Of a DNA stretch of 64,000 nt, positions 53,883 to 64,000 are shown piece by piece (within the stretch, counting starts at the first letter, position 1; each line of letters starts with the position of its first letter). Source of the stretch: Pseudomonadota bacterium (GTDB lineage: Bacteria; Pseudomonadota; Gammaproteobacteria; Burkholderiales; Burkholderiaceae_C); contig JAUNHQ010000006.1 of assembly GCA_030535425.1 (NCBI GenBank), positions 4,824-68,823 of the forward strand, given 5' to 3'. Below the pieces are notes generated by a model. That model was not told the origin of the DNA and searched no databases. It saw only the letters and a list, made by a program, of their open reading frames with translations. The translations under genes and the position numbers were made by a program.

Positions 53883-54245
53883 TCAAAGCACTTCCAGCAA
53901 GCGCTCCAACGGCCGGCCCAGGCGCGCGCCTTTTGGGGTGGCAAGGATGGGGCGATTGATGAGCACGGGGGTGGCCAGCATGGCATCCAGCAATTGCTCG
54001 TCTGTCAGCGAGGGGTTGTCCAAACCTTGTGCCAGGTACTCGGACTGTTTGGTGCGCAGCAGTGCGCGCAGGGGCTCGCCCGTGGCGGCGGCGATGGCTT
54101 TCAGCTCGTCACGGCTGGGCGGGGCTTTCAGGTATTCGACGATACGCGGCTCAATGCCACGCTCGCGCAGCAATGCCAAGGCTTTACGCGAGGTGCTGCA
54201 CTGGGGGTTGTGGTAGAGAGTGATGTCGGTGGCGGCGGTGCTCAT
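53883..54245 (-). CDS. arsC: Arsenate reductase (glutaredoxin) family
   Basis: YHNPQCSTSRKAL...LINRPI...GRP. Confidence 0.9.
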   Translation of the reverse strand: MSTAATDITLYHNPQCSTSRKALALLRERGIEPRIVEYLKAPPSRDELKAIAAATGEPLRALLRTKQSEYLAQGLDNPSLTDEQLLDAMLATPVLINRPILATPKGARLGRPLERLLEVL

Positions 54246-54391
54246 GCCAGCATTGTGGCGTGTTCTGGCACGGTATCTGCTGCGCTTGAGGGGCTTGCAT
54301 ACGGTATGCCCAGAGGGCAGCGCCGCCGCCAGTCACTCATCGGACAATGCCGCTTGAATTCATCAACCCATGGTAGCTTCCAGCAATTGAC

Positions 54392-56719
54392 ATGGCTTCT
54401 GAACCTGCCTTCATTTCAGCTCCCGCCTGCGGCACCTCTGCGCCGCACGAAAGCGCCCGCGCCCAGGTGCAGGGCAGCGCCCCGTATGTGGACGACGTGC
54501 CCGAGCCGCGCGGCTGCCTGCATGCCGCGCCCATTCTTTCGGCCGTGGCGCATGGGCGCCTGAAAGGGCTGGATGCGGCGGCCGCACTGGCCGTGCCGGG
54601 GGTGCGTGCCGTGGTCACGGCAGCTGACGTGCCGGGCGATGCGCTGCTGGCCAGCTTTGCGCACGACGAACCCATTTTTGCCCAGGACAGCGTGCACTTT
54701 GCGGGCCAGGTGCTGGGCCTGGTGGTGGCCGACGACGTGCACACCGCCCGGCGTGCTGCGCGCCTGGTGTTGGCGGACATTGAGCCGCTGCCCGCCATTC
54801 TGAGCATTGAGGAGGCCATGGCCGCGCAAAGCTTTGTGCTGCCGCCGGTGACGGTGGCGCGCGGCGATGTGGCCACGGCGCTGGCCGCTGCGCCGCACCG
54901 CCTGCAAGGCCGTTTTGCCGTGGGCGGGCAAGAGCACCTGTATCTGGAAGGGCAGATTGCCCTGGCGCTGCCGCAGGAGCAGGGGCAGTGGCACGTTTTG
55001 AGCAGCACGCAGCACCCGGGCGAGGTGCAGCACTGGGTGGCGCACGCGCTGGGCATTGCCAGCCATGCCGTGCGCGTGGAGTGCCGGCGCATGGGCGGCG
55101 GCTTTGGCGGCAAGGAAACGCAGGCCGGCCACGTGGCCGTGTGGGCCGCGCTGGCCGCGCACAAGGCGGGCGCGCCCGTCAAGCTGCGGCTGGACCGCGA
55201 CGATGACATGCTGACCACCGGCAAGCGCCACCCCTTTGCCTACCGGTATGAGGTGGGCTTTGACGACAGCGGCCGCATCCAGGCGCTGGACATCGAGATG
55301 ATGGCCAACTGCGGCTTTTCAGCCGATTTGAGCGGCCCCGTGGCCGACCGCGCCATCTTTCATGTGGACAACGCCTATTACCTGCCCCATGTGCGCGTGC
55401 GCAGCTACCGCTGCAAAACCCACTTGCAAAGCCACACCGCCTTTCGCGGCTTTGGCGGGCCGCAGGGCGTGATCGCCATCGAAACCATCATGGGCGACAT
55501 GGCCCGCGCCCTGGGGCTGGACGCGCTGGACGTGCGCCTGGCCAACCTGTACGCCCCGCGCGGCGCGGCCAGCCTGCACACCACCCATTACCAGATGCCG
55601 GTGGAAGACAACATCCTGCACGCGCTGCTGCCCGAGCTGGCGTGCGAGGGCCGCTACCGCCAGCGCCAGGCCGCCGTGGCCGAGTGGAACCGCACGCACC
55701 GCCGCACCAAGCGCGGCATTGCCATCACGCCCGTCAAGTTCGGCATCAGCTTTACCGCCACGCTGTTCAACCAGGCGGGCGCGCTGGTGCATGTCTATAC
55801 CGACGGCAGCGTGCAGGTGAACCACGGCGGCACCGAAATGGGCCAGGGCCTGCACACCAAGGTGGCGCAAGTGGTGGCCGACGAGCTGGGCGTGCCGCTG
55901 TCGCAGGTGCTGGTGACCGGCAGCGACACCAGCAAGGTGCCCAACGCCAGCGCCACCGCCGCCTCCAGCGGGACGGACCTGAACGGCAAGGCCGCCCAGG
56001 CCGCCGCGCGCAGCGTGCGCGAAAACCTGGCTGCCTTTGTCTGCGGGCTGGACGGCTGCGGCGCAGGGGCGGTGGAGTTTCGCCACGGCCAGGTCATCAC
56101 CCCGCAGGCCACGCGCCGCTTTGCCGACGTGGTGCAAGCCGCCTATGCCAACCGCATCCAGCTGTGGAGCGACGGCTTTTACCGCACACCCAAAATCCAC
56201 TACGACAAGCAAACGCTGACCGGCCGGCCCTTTTACTACTTTGCCTACGGCGCCGCGTGCAGCGAAGTGGCCATCGACATCCGCACGGGTGAGCTGCGCG
56301 TGCTGGCCGTGGACATCCTGCACGACGTGGGCCGCAGCCTCAACCCCGCCATCGACGTGGGCCAGATCGAAGGCGGCTTTGTGCAAGGCATGGGCTGGCT
56401 CACCACCGAAGAGCTGGTGTGGAACGCGCAAGGCCAGCTCACCACCCGCGCGCCCAGCACCTACAAGATACCCACCGCTGCCGACGTGCCCGCCCACCTG
56501 AACGTGCGCCTGTGGCCCGAGGACAACCCGGAAGACACGGTGTTTCGCAGCAAGGCCGTGGGCGAGCCGCCCTTCATGCTCGGCATCAGCGTGTGGGAAG
56601 CCATCCGCCAGGCCGTGGCCGCCGCCCGCTGCGACCAGGGCGCCGCGCCCGGCGCGCCAGTTGTTATGGACGCGCCTGCCACGCCCGAGCGGGTGTTGGG
56701 GGCAATAGGGAAGGTGTGA
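54392..56719 (+). CDS. xdhB: Xanthine dehydrogenase molybdopterin-binding subunit
   Basis: GGQEHLYLEG, RMGGGFGGKE, TAFRGFGGPQG, GGTEMGQG, SKAVGEPP. Confidence 0.95.
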   Translation: MASEPAFISAPACGTSAPHESARAQVQGSAPYVDDVPEPRGCLHAAPILSAVAHGRLKGLDAAAALAVPGVRAVVTAADVPGDALLASFAHDEPIFAQDSVHFAGQVLGLVVADDVHTARRAARLVLADIEPLPAILSIEEAMAAQSFVLPPVTVARGDVATALAAAPHRLQGRFAVGGQEHLYLEGQIALALPQEQGQWHVLSSTQHPGEVQHWVAHALGIASHAVRVECRRMGGGFGGKETQAGHVAVWAALAAHKAGAPVKLRLDRDDDMLTTGKRHPFAYRYEVGFDDSGRIQALDIEMMANCGFSADLSGPVADRAIFHVDNAYYLPHVRVRSYRCKTHLQSHTAFRGFGGPQGVIAIETIMGDMARALGLDALDVRLANLYAPRGAASLHTTHYQMPVEDNILHALLPELACEGRYRQRQAAVAEWNRTHRRTKRGIAITPVKFGISFTATLFNQAGALVHVYTDGSVQVNHGGTEMGQGLHTKVAQVVADELGVPLSQVLVTGSDTSKVPNASATAASSGTDLNGKAAQAAARSVRENLAAFVCGLDGCGAGAVEFRHGQVITPQATRRFADVVQAAYANRIQLWSDGFYRTPKIHYDKQTLTGRPFYYFAYGAACSEVAIDIRTGELRVLAVDILHDVGRSLNPAIDVGQIEGGFVQGMGWLTTEELVWNAQGQLTTRAPSTYKIPTAADVPAHLNVRLWPEDNPEDTVFRSKAVGEPPFMLGISVWEAIRQAVAAARCDQGAAPGAPVVMDAPATPERVLGAIGKV

Positions 56720-56746
56720 ACAGGCCGCCCCGCCAGGCAGGGCGCA

Positions 56747-57748
56747 TTACTTTTGCCGAGCCAGCCCCAGCCGCTCGATGGTGGCGCGCTCGGCGGCATA
56801 GGTGCGCTGGGCGTATTGCTGGTAATCGGCGGTACTCATGTAGATGCTGGGCATGTAGAAACGGTCCAGCGTCTGCTGCACATCGGCATCTTGCAAGGCG
56901 GCCTTGAAGGCGTCGTGCAGCGTGGCCACCACGGGGGCGGGCATGCCCGCCGGCCCGCCAATGCCAAAGGGCGATTCGGTGATGGTGTCCCAGCCGCTTT
57001 CCTTCACAGTGGGCACGTCGGGAAAGCCTTTGCTGCGCTGGCGCCCCAGCGTGACCAGCAGGCGCAGCTTGCCTGACAGCACATGGGGCGCGAACTCGGT
57101 GGTGCCACTCATGACACGGATGTGCCCGCCCAGAATGGCCTGCATGATCTCTGCCGAGCCTTTGAAAGGCACGGGGTTGAGCCGGATTCCCGCCTTCTGG
57201 CTGAACTCTTCTATCGCCAGATGCGGCGTGGTGCCGGTGCCCGTGTGGCCATATTCCAGCTGGCCGGGGTTGGCCTTGGCATGGTTCACCAGGTCGTGAA
57301 TGGTTTTGAATGGCGCATCGGCCCTGCAAACAATGCCGAAGGTATAGCCCGTCAGGCACACCACATGGGTGAGGTCTTTCAACGGATCGAACGGCGTGGG
57401 CTGCATGTGCGGCAGGCGGTAGATGCCCAGCGGCAGTTGCGTGATGGTGTAGCCATCGGGCTTGGCCTGCACCATGGCGGCAGCGCCCAGCGTGCCGCCC
57501 ACGCCGGGGCGGTTTTCAATGACGATGGGCACGCCCAGGCGGCGGCTGGCGGCTTGGCCAAACGCGCGCATCACCGCATCGCTGCTGCCCCCGGCAGGCC
57601 AGGGGGTGACGAGGGTGATGGGGCGGCTGGGGTAGGTGCCTTGCGCCCAGGCACGCGTGCCCAGCCACAGGGCGGGGGCGGCCAGCGTGGCGGCCAGGGC
57701 GCGGCGACGGTTGGGGCGGGAAAGGGTAGACGGATGGCGAGCAGGCAT
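56747..57748 (-). CDS. Bug/TctC tripartite tricarboxylate transporter receptor
   Basis: Tat-like RRR signal; YPSRPITLV.PWPAGGSSD; ENRPG; PFKG. Confidence 0.92.
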   Translation of the reverse strand: MPARHPSTLSRPNRRRALAATLAAPALWLGTRAWAQGTYPSRPITLVTPWPAGGSSDAVMRAFGQAASRRLGVPIVIENRPGVGGTLGAAAMVQAKPDGYTITQLPLGIYRLPHMQPTPFDPLKDLTHVVCLTGYTFGIVCRADAPFKTIHDLVNHAKANPGQLEYGHTGTGTTPHLAIEEFSQKAGIRLNPVPFKGSAEIMQAILGGHIRVMSGTTEFAPHVLSGKLRLLVTLGRQRSKGFPDVPTVKESGWDTITESPFGIGGPAGMPAPVVATLHDAFKAALQDADVQQTLDRFYMPSIYMSTADYQQYAQRTYAAERATIERLGLARQK

Positions 57749-57941
57749 GGATGTTTTTCCTTTGCAGAGTGGCGAAATGCGCCATGGTCGGCCCATGTAT
57801 CAGGCGCTGTCATCAGGGGATGCACGGTCTGGTTTCGTCCCAGATGCCGCCAGGGGCACGCCTGGCCATGGCGCTTCGCTATAGTAGCCAGCGGCCTTTT
57901 TCAGCCCTCTTTCCACAGCAAACATCAGGAGCAAGCAATTC

Positions 57942-58721
57942 ATGGCTTATGAATTTATCGACGTGCGTACCGAAGGCGACAAAGTGGGGGTCATCACGCT
58001 CAACCGCCCCAAGCAGCTCAATGCGCTTAGCCCGCAGCTGATGGTGGAGTTGGGCCAGGCGCTCAAGGCTTTTGATGCGGACGATGCCATTGGCTGCATC
58101 ATCCTCACTGGCAGCGAGAAAGCCTTTGCCGCAGGTGCCGATATCAGCGTCATGGCCAACTACAGCTTTGCCGATGCCTACGGGCAGGACTACATCACGC
58201 GCGACTGGGAAACCATTCGCACCATCCGAAAGCCGGTGATTGCTGCCGTCAGCGGCTTTGCCCTGGGGGGCGGCTGTGAGCTGGCGATGATGTGTGATTT
58301 CATCATCGCAGCCGACAACGCCAAGTTTGGTCAGCCGGAGATCAAGCTGGGCATCATTCCCGGTGCTGGCGGCACGCAGCGTCTGCCACGCGCGGTAGGC
58401 AAGTCCAAGGCCATGGACATGGCTTTGACAGCCCGCATGATGGATGCGCAGGAGGCCGAACGCGCGGGTCTGGTCAGTCGTGTGGTGCCGCTTGACAAGC
58501 TGATGGATGAGGCGCTGGGTGCGGCCCTGACCATCTGTGGCTTTGGCCGTCTGGCCGTCATCGCAGCCAAGGAGTGCGTCAACCGCGCTTTTGAAGGCAC
58601 CCTGTCTGACGGCGTGATGTACGAGCGCCGCATGTTTCACGCGCTGTTTGCCACGGCTGACCAGAAAGAGGGTATGGATGCCTTCATGAACAAGCGCGCA
58701 CCGGTGTTCAAGCACCAGTGA
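57942..58721 (+). CDS. Enoyl-CoA hydratase
   Basis: [40 protein letters not shown]. Confidence 0.95.
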   Translation: MAYEFIDVRTEGDKVGVITLNRPKQLNALSPQLMVELGQALKAFDADDAIGCIILTGSEKAFAAGADISVMANYSFADAYGQDYITRDWETIRTIRKPVIAAVSGFALGGGCELAMMCDFIIAADNAKFGQPEIKLGIIPGAGGTQRLPRAVGKSKAMDMALTARMMDAQEAERAGLVSRVVPLDKLMDEALGAALTICGFGRLAVIAAKECVNRAFEGTLSDGVMYERRMFHALFATADQKEGMDAFMNKRAPVFKHQ

Positions 58722-58769
58722 TGTTCGTTTGGGCGCCTGGGCGGGCACGCTCGCACTACAATGGCGTTC

Positions 58770-58863
58770 GACGGGCCTTCCCGCATGGTGAAGGAGCCAA
58801 CCGGGTCAGGTGGGGAACCAAGCAGCCCTAACTTTGGAGCCAGTGCCGGGGTAAAGGCTCGTC
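58770..58863 (+). ncRNA. ffs: Signal recognition particle 4.5S RNA
   Basis: GTCAGGTGG-GGAA-CCAAGCAGC domain-IV motif in a long hairpin; TACAAT at 58757; terminator at ~58877-58910. Confidence 0.85.
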
Positions 58864-58956
58864 ACCTTTCATGAAAGCCAGCAACAGAGCGCCTGTTCTG
58901 GCTTTTTTTGTGCCCGCGCCATGTGGCAAGCCCATAAAGAGCGGGCGGGCGCAGCC

Positions 58957-59199
58957 TCAGCTGCGGCGGCGGTTGACCTCGAACGGTGACATGGCCAGCA
59001 GCGTGGTGAGCGCGCTGGAGGCCATCATGGCTCCCCAGAAGATGAAGAAGGTAACGGTATAGACGGCGGGGCGCGACCAGTTCAGGCGTTCACCAAAGAG
59101 GGTGAGCATTTGCGGGTCGAGCACGGCGAAGACCGCCATTTCCAGCACGCCAGCCATGAGAAAGGCGGGCCAGGCGATCCACATCAGTTTTTCACGCAT
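58957..59199 (-). CDS. Small membrane protein of the ccoG cluster
   Basis: WPAFLMAGVLEMAVFAVLDP...YTVTFFIFW. Confidence 0.8.
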   Translation of the reverse strand: MREKLMWIAWPAFLMAGVLEMAVFAVLDPQMLTLFGERLNWSRPAVYTVTFFIFWGAMMASSALTTLLAMSPFEVNRRRS

Positions 59200-59265
59200 G
59201 GGCTTGTCTCCTGTTCTTGGGTGGGTTTTGTCGGCCTGCACGCGCGCGCTGGGGTGAGCCGCGGG

Positions 59266-59592
59266 CTAGCGCGGCGGTGCGGCAGAGGCGGCTTGGGCGG
59301 GGCGTGCCAGCCCGCCGGTGGCGGCGTGGTTGCGCGCCTGCATGGCAGGCGCCAGGGCTGCCGTGCCAGGCTGTTCGGGCGCGGCGGCGGCCGCTGGGGC
59401 AGGGCGGCTGTCGGTGTACACCGGGTCGGGCGTTCGGATGGCCAGGTACAGGGTGACAAAGCCAGCCACGACGACGATGAGCGGGCCGCCCACGACCATC
59501 CACATGTGACCATATTTCCACCAGGGGCCGGAAGAGGGGGGCTGCGGCGCGGCAGAAAGCGAAGGAGGGCGGGAGGATGCGGGAGCGGTCAT
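59266..59592 (-). CDS. FixH-like protein
   Basis: PWWKYGHMWMVVGGPLIVVVAGFVTLYLA. Confidence 0.75.
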   Translation of the reverse strand: MTAPASSRPPSLSAAPQPPSSGPWWKYGHMWMVVGGPLIVVVAGFVTLYLAIRTPDPVYTDSRPAPAAAAAPEQPGTAALAPAMQARNHAATGGLARPAQAASAAPPR

Positions 59593-59600
59593 AGTCGTGC

Positions 59601-61070
59601 TTACCTTGGCACCATGAAGACGGATTTTTCGCGTACTTCGCCCACGCTGGGCGCTTGCACGTGGAAATGGATGGTGTGCGAGCCCGGGCTGGCCGCACCG
59701 TAAGGCAGGCGCAGACGCACGGGCACCCACTGCGACTGCGCGCCGTCGATGGTGACGCTGGGCTCGGTGGCCAGGCTCAGGCCGGGCAGGCCTTCGACGC
59801 TGATCTGGTAGGTCTGCGTCTGTTCGGTGGCGTTCATGATCTGGATGCGGTAGACGTTCTCGATCTGGCCGCCTTGAACGATGCGCGCGAGCGTGGCGCG
59901 GTCGCGCACGATGTCTACCTTGAATGGCGTTCTCAGTGCCAGGCTGGCTGCCAGGCCCAGGGTGACGGCCGCCAGAATGGCCGAGTAAATCAGCACGCGC
60001 GGGCGCAGCACGTGGCGCAGGATTTGCCGTGGGCCCCAGCCTTCGTCCAGGGCGTGTTCGGTGGAATAGCGGATCAGCCCGCGCGGATAGCCCACCTTGT
60101 CCATGACGTCGTTGCACACGTCAATGCAGGCGGCGCAGCTGATGCATTCGTATTGCAGGCCATCGCGGATGTCGATGCCCGTGGGGCACACCTGCACGCA
60201 CAGCGTGCAGTTGACGCAGTCGCCCAGACCCAAGGCCTTGGGGTCGGCTTTTTTCGAGCGCGAGCCGCGCGGCTCGCCGCGCTTGGCGTCGTAGGTGACG
60301 ATGAGCGTGTCGCGGTCGAACATGGCGCTTTGAAAGCGGGCGTAGGGGCACATGTACTTGCACACCTGCTCGCGCATGTAGCCGGCGTTGCCGTAGGTGG
60401 CAAAGCCGTAGAAGAAGATCCAGAAGGTCTCCCATGGCCCCAGGTTCCAGCTGAGCACGTGGCCCAGCAGCTCGCGGATGGGGGTGAAATAGCCCACGAA
60501 GGTCAGGCCCGTCCACAAGGCCACGGCAATCCAGACCACTTGCTTGGCGGTTTTGCGGGCAAATTTGCCGGCGGACATGGGTGCGGCGTCCAGCCGCATG
60601 CGGGCCGAGCGGTCGCCCTCGATCTTGCGCTCGATCCACAGGTAGATTTCGGTGTACACCGTCTGCGGGCAGGCATAGCCGCACCACTGCCGCCCGGCCA
60701 CGGCGGTGAACAGAAACAGCAGCATGGCCGAGATGATGAGAATGCCCGTGAGGTAGATCACGTCCTGCGGGTACAGCACCAGGCCGAAGATGTAAAAGCG
60801 CCGCGCTTCCAGGTCAAACAGCATGGCCTGCCGGTCACCCCATTGCAGCCAGGGCATGCCATAGAAAAACAGCTGCGTGGCCCAGACGAAGAACCAGCGC
60901 CACTTGGTAAACAGCCCGGTGACGCTGCGCGGGTAAATCTTTTGGTGCGCCTGGTACAGCGACACCATGGTTTCGCCGTTATGGGCTGCGGCGTTTTTTT
61001 CCGTGGGAGTGGGGTGGTTCACGAGACGGCTCGGGTCTTCATTGTCAGCTTGAATTATCGGCGCTGGCAC
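59601..61070 (-). CDS. ccoG: Cytochrome c oxidase accessory protein CcoG (start uncertain)
   Basis: GRQWCGYACPQT, CKYMCPYARFQ, CVNCTLCVQVCPTGIDIR. Confidence 0.93.
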   Translation of the reverse strand: MPAPIIQADNEDPSRLVNHPTPTEKNAAAHNGETMVSLYQAHQKIYPRSVTGLFTKWRWFFVWATQLFFYGMPWLQWGDRQAMLFDLEARRFYIFGLVLYPQDVIYLTGILIISAMLLFLFTAVAGRQWCGYACPQTVYTEIYLWIERKIEGDRSARMRLDAAPMSAGKFARKTAKQVVWIAVALWTGLTFVGYFTPIRELLGHVLSWNLGPWETFWIFFYGFATYGNAGYMREQVCKYMCPYARFQSAMFDRDTLIVTYDAKRGEPRGSRSKKADPKALGLGDCVNCTLCVQVCPTGIDIRDGLQYECISCAACIDVCNDVMDKVGYPRGLIRYSTEHALDEGWGPRQILRHVLRPRVLIYSAILAAVTLGLAASLALRTPFKVDIVRDRATLARIVQGGQIENVYRIQIMNATEQTQTYQISVEGLPGLSLATEPSVTIDGAQSQWVPVRLRLPYGAASPGSHTIHFHVQAPSVGEVREKSVFMVPR

Positions 61071-61257
61071 GGGCGCTGGCTACGTGTCCAGTGTCTTGGC
61101 GGTGTGAGGCGCCGGGTAGTGCGTGCGCGCTGGGGGGGGAGCCATCTGCTTCAGGCAAAGGCCGTGATGGCAAAGTTTTAGCTATTAATTAAATAGCTAA
61201 AAACATATGTGTAACGCGCGCAAACGGCCTTTTTTATGAATGAATTTCAAAGTTTGT

Positions 61258-61824
61258 TCAGCGCCTGACGGGACGCACGCCGCTGCTGGCTTGCAGCGCC
61301 TTGGTGAAGACGGGTCCCCACACGGGATGGCCTTGTTCGGCCTGGGTGAGTCGAAAGTCCGGCGCCATGGCCAGCGCCTGCCGGAAAGCGCGTTCGCAAT
61401 CGCTCAGGCGGTCGGTGATGCAATAGCTGAAGGCCATGTGCTTGAGTGCCTGCACGCGCAGTGAAGGGGGGGATTGCACGGCGGCAAAGCGGGCGATGGC
61501 GGCTTCGTATTCGCCGGCCCTGTACAGGCGCAGACCTTCGGCGTGCAAGGAGGCGCTGGTTTGCGGTTCTTCTTCCGGTACAGTGGCGGCTGGGCTGGCG
61601 GGGGCTGTGCGGGGGCGCTCTGCGGTGCGCCGGCTGGCTGGCGCGGGCGCCGCCGAAGATGGCCAGGGCAGCTTGAGGCTGGACAGTTGCGCGCAACCAC
61701 TGAGGGTCAGCAGGGCGCAGAGCGTGGCCGCAGCGCGGGCGGCGGTAACGGCTGTGCGGCCATGGGCAGGAGCGGGCGCCAGGGGCGGAGTGGCCGGCGC
61801 GTGCTGGGTGAGAGGGGCGGGCAT
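61258..61824 (-). CDS. TPR lipoprotein (TssQ-like)
   Basis: Lipobox LSGC; ALKHMAFSYC...GHPVWGPVF. Confidence 0.75.
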   Translation of the reverse strand: MPAPLTQHAPATPPLAPAPAHGRTAVTAARAAATLCALLTLSGCAQLSSLKLPWPSSAAPAPASRRTAERPRTAPASPAATVPEEEPQTSASLHAEGLRLYRAGEYEAAIARFAAVQSPPSLRVQALKHMAFSYCITDRLSDCERAFRQALAMAPDFRLTQAEQGHPVWGPVFTKALQASSGVRPVRR

Positions 61825-63408
61825 TTACCTGAACTCGTGATGCACTTGCACGTCTTGACCGTTTTGGATGGTAATGGTTCGGGTATGGGTGGGCAGGCCG
61901 GCGTTGCGCACCTCCACGGTGTAGGTGCCGGGCGAGAGCCATAGCTGCTTGAGCGGTGGGCTTAGGCCCTGCATCTGGCCGTTGACGTACACCACGCCCC
62001 AGGGAAGGACGTCGAGCAGCAGTTGAGCACCTGCGACGGCAGTGGCCGCTGCGGGTGGCGGTGCAGGAGTGGCTGCCGCCGGGGGCGGTGAGGGTGTGGC
62101 AGGGGCAACTGGCTCTGGCGCGGGCGGCGTGTTTGCCGCAGGCCAGAAGGCCATGGCTGCCGTGATCACGGCAACACCTGCGGCGGCCAGAGCTGGCAGC
62201 GCGCGGCGGTCCAGGCGGTGGATGCGCTGAAGCCAGCCCATGGCCGTCCGGCTGGCGGCTGTGGCAGCGGGGGCAGTTGCGGGGCGGCTCTTGCGCTGCT
62301 TGCGGCGCTGAGCGGTCGTGGGCTGGGGCTGCGTGGCAGAAAGGCCACGGGGCGGCAGCATTTGGGTGCGCTCAGCGTGGGTGAGGACTGGCTCCAGCTC
62401 CATGCGGGTGCGCTCGTCCCCAGGCAAGGGGGCAAAGCTTGAGCTCACGCCTGACTGGCTGCGCAGTGCGCCCAGTTCCACGCTTTGGCGTTGCATGTCG
62501 GCCCAGAAGGTGGGCAGGGCCAGAGCTTCACGGAATTCGGCCACGCTGCGGATGCGCTCGTCGGGGTGGACAGTCAGCGCCCGGTCGATGGCATGGGCGA
62601 AGGCGGGCGAGATGCCCAAATCTGGCATGTCGGCCAGCTTGGGCAGCGGATCGCGCAGCAGGCGGGCGACCGAGGCGGTCAGTGGTTTGCCGGTGACCAG
62701 GTAATACAGCACCGCGCCCAGGCTGTAGATGTCGGTCCATGGCCCCTGGGCCAGTACGCTGTCGTACTGCTCGATAGGGGCGTAGCCTGGTTTGACGATG
62801 ACGGTGAGCGCCTGCGTGGCGTCGCCCAGTGCCTGGCGGGCGGCGCCGAAGTCCAGCAGCATGGGCACGCCCGAGTCCAGGATCATGATGTTGTCGGGCG
62901 AGATGTCACGGTGGTAGCACTGGCTGGCGTGCAGCAGCTCCAGCGCATCCAGAATGGGCGAGAGCATGTGTTTGAGCCATGCCTCGCTGGCGACCATGCG
63001 TGGTTCGGCCTGGCGCAGCGCGCGCAGTGTGCGTCCCTGGCACAGCTGCATGGCCATGTAGCCCGTGCCGTTTTGCTCCCAGAAGCGGTACACGCGGATG
63101 AGGGCCGGGTGGTCAAACTGCGCCAGCAGCCGCGCTTCAGACAGAAAGCTCTGGAGACCGTGGGCCAGGCTGTCTTGCAGCCGGGCCTCGCGGGCCATCA
63201 TGCGGCCATCTGGCGTGCGGGTGGCCAGGGAGCCGGGCATGAATTCCTTGATGGCCACAATGCGGCGCAAGGACTCGTCCCAGGCGCGGTACACGATGGC
63301 AAAACCACCCTCACCCAGTACATCGCGCAACTCGAACTCAGCCAGTCGCGTGCCCGGTGGCAGGGCATGGGCTGAAAACAAAGGGGGGGTATCGGCAGGC
63401 GTTGTCAT
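61825..63408 (-). CDS. Membrane Ser/Thr protein kinase with C-terminal PEGA-like domain
   Basis: LGEGGF, AIKE, HRDISPDNI, DFG, GYAPIEQ; PWGVVYVNG. Confidence 0.92.
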   Translation of the reverse strand: MTTPADTPPLFSAHALPPGTRLAEFELRDVLGEGGFAIVYRAWDESLRRIVAIKEFMPGSLATRTPDGRMMAREARLQDSLAHGLQSFLSEARLLAQFDHPALIRVYRFWEQNGTGYMAMQLCQGRTLRALRQAEPRMVASEAWLKHMLSPILDALELLHASQCYHRDISPDNIMILDSGVPMLLDFGAARQALGDATQALTVIVKPGYAPIEQYDSVLAQGPWTDIYSLGAVLYYLVTGKPLTASVARLLRDPLPKLADMPDLGISPAFAHAIDRALTVHPDERIRSVAEFREALALPTFWADMQRQSVELGALRSQSGVSSSFAPLPGDERTRMELEPVLTHAERTQMLPPRGLSATQPQPTTAQRRKQRKSRPATAPAATAASRTAMGWLQRIHRLDRRALPALAAAGVAVITAAMAFWPAANTPPAPEPVAPATPSPPPAAATPAPPPAAATAVAGAQLLLDVLPWGVVYVNGQMQGLSPPLKQLWLSPGTYTVEVRNAGLPTHTRTITIQNGQDVQVHHEFR

Positions 63409-63689
63409 GAAAAGGCACACGGATGATGGCATACGGCGTGCCGTCCCCGCGCCCGCGGCGCCTCGGCTGTGCCGCCATGGCAATGTCAGGTCAAAGTGCC
63501 GACGAAGGGCATTATGCAACAAAAGATAACAAATCAGGCGCCTGGCCAGACACGCGTGGCCAGGGGGTGGACACATGGAGCAGAACGTAAACTAGTGGGT
63601 TGTTATTCCCTTCAAGGCGGCGCTTTTTTCCTTTCGGGTAGGGCGTTCGCCAGATTTTTTGCAACATCTCATCACGGAACACACCACTC

Positions 63690-64000
63690 ATGTCCCTGAG
63701 CAACGTCACTCCCGGTGGCAAGGCGCCCGATCAGTTCAACGTCGTCATCGAAATCCCGATGAACGCCGACCCCATCAAGTACGAGGTGGACAAGGAAACG
63801 GGCGCTTTGTTCGTGGACCGCTTCATGAGCACGGCCATGCACTACCCGGTCAACTACGGCTACGTACCACAAACGCTGTCGGGCGACGGTGATCCGGTGG
63901 ACGTGCTGGTCATCACCCCTGTGGCCCTGATTCCCGGCGTGGTCATTCCCTGCCGCGCCATTGGCATTCTGAAGATGCAGGACGAGGCGGGCGATGACGC
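63690..64000 (+). CDS. ppa: Inorganic pyrophosphatase (partial, runs off window)
   Basis: Manual translation: MSLSNVTPG...VVIEIP...KYEVDK...[23 protein letters not shown]. Confidence 0.95.
   Translation, partial: MSLSNVTPGGKAPDQFNVVIEIPMNADPIKYEVDKETGALFVDRFMSTAMHYPVNYGYVPQTLSGDGDPVDVLVITPVALIPGVVIPCRAIGILKMQDEAGDD

Noticed and set aside
61258-63408. Type VI secretion locus
   Set aside because: Only a kinase and a TssQ-like lipoprotein are present; no core T6SS genes in the window

Overview
Positions 1 to ~53,745 are most of a temperate podovirus-like prophage, and its left end lies outside the window. It is integrated at the 3' end of a tRNA-Thr(CGT) gene (53745-53820, minus strand) in a GC-rich betaproteobacterial chromosome that looks Comamonadaceae-like. 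Gene order: early-left arm (exonuclease, Bet, two antirepressor cassettes, morons, RelE-type TA pair), cI/cro switch, replication (O-like protein, primase-helicase), nin region, terminase/portal/scaffold/N4-gp56-type capsid, a 3,286-aa polyvalent virion protein, collagen-like fibres, lysis cassette, a 10-kb block of probable tail genes and a tyrosine integrase. Host genes follow: arsC, xdhB, Bug receptor, enoyl-CoA hydratase, SRP RNA, fixH-like, ccoG, lipoprotein, Ser/Thr kinase and ppa. Three observations stand out. (1) Inside the giant gene, each of three predicted RNase-fold domains is followed by an antisense unit: a sigma70-like promoter, a 67-92-nt structured RNA closed by a long terminal stem, and a U-tract. 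This is a candidate nuclease/small-RNA system. (2) Two C4-type antisense-RNA switches with different, co-varying recognition sequences control two antirepressors that share an identical C-terminus. (3) A motif TATAGAGTT-N22-nAnnnT occurs four times at exact spacing ahead of late gene blocks. All family assignments come from motif recognition by eye; no database search was run.
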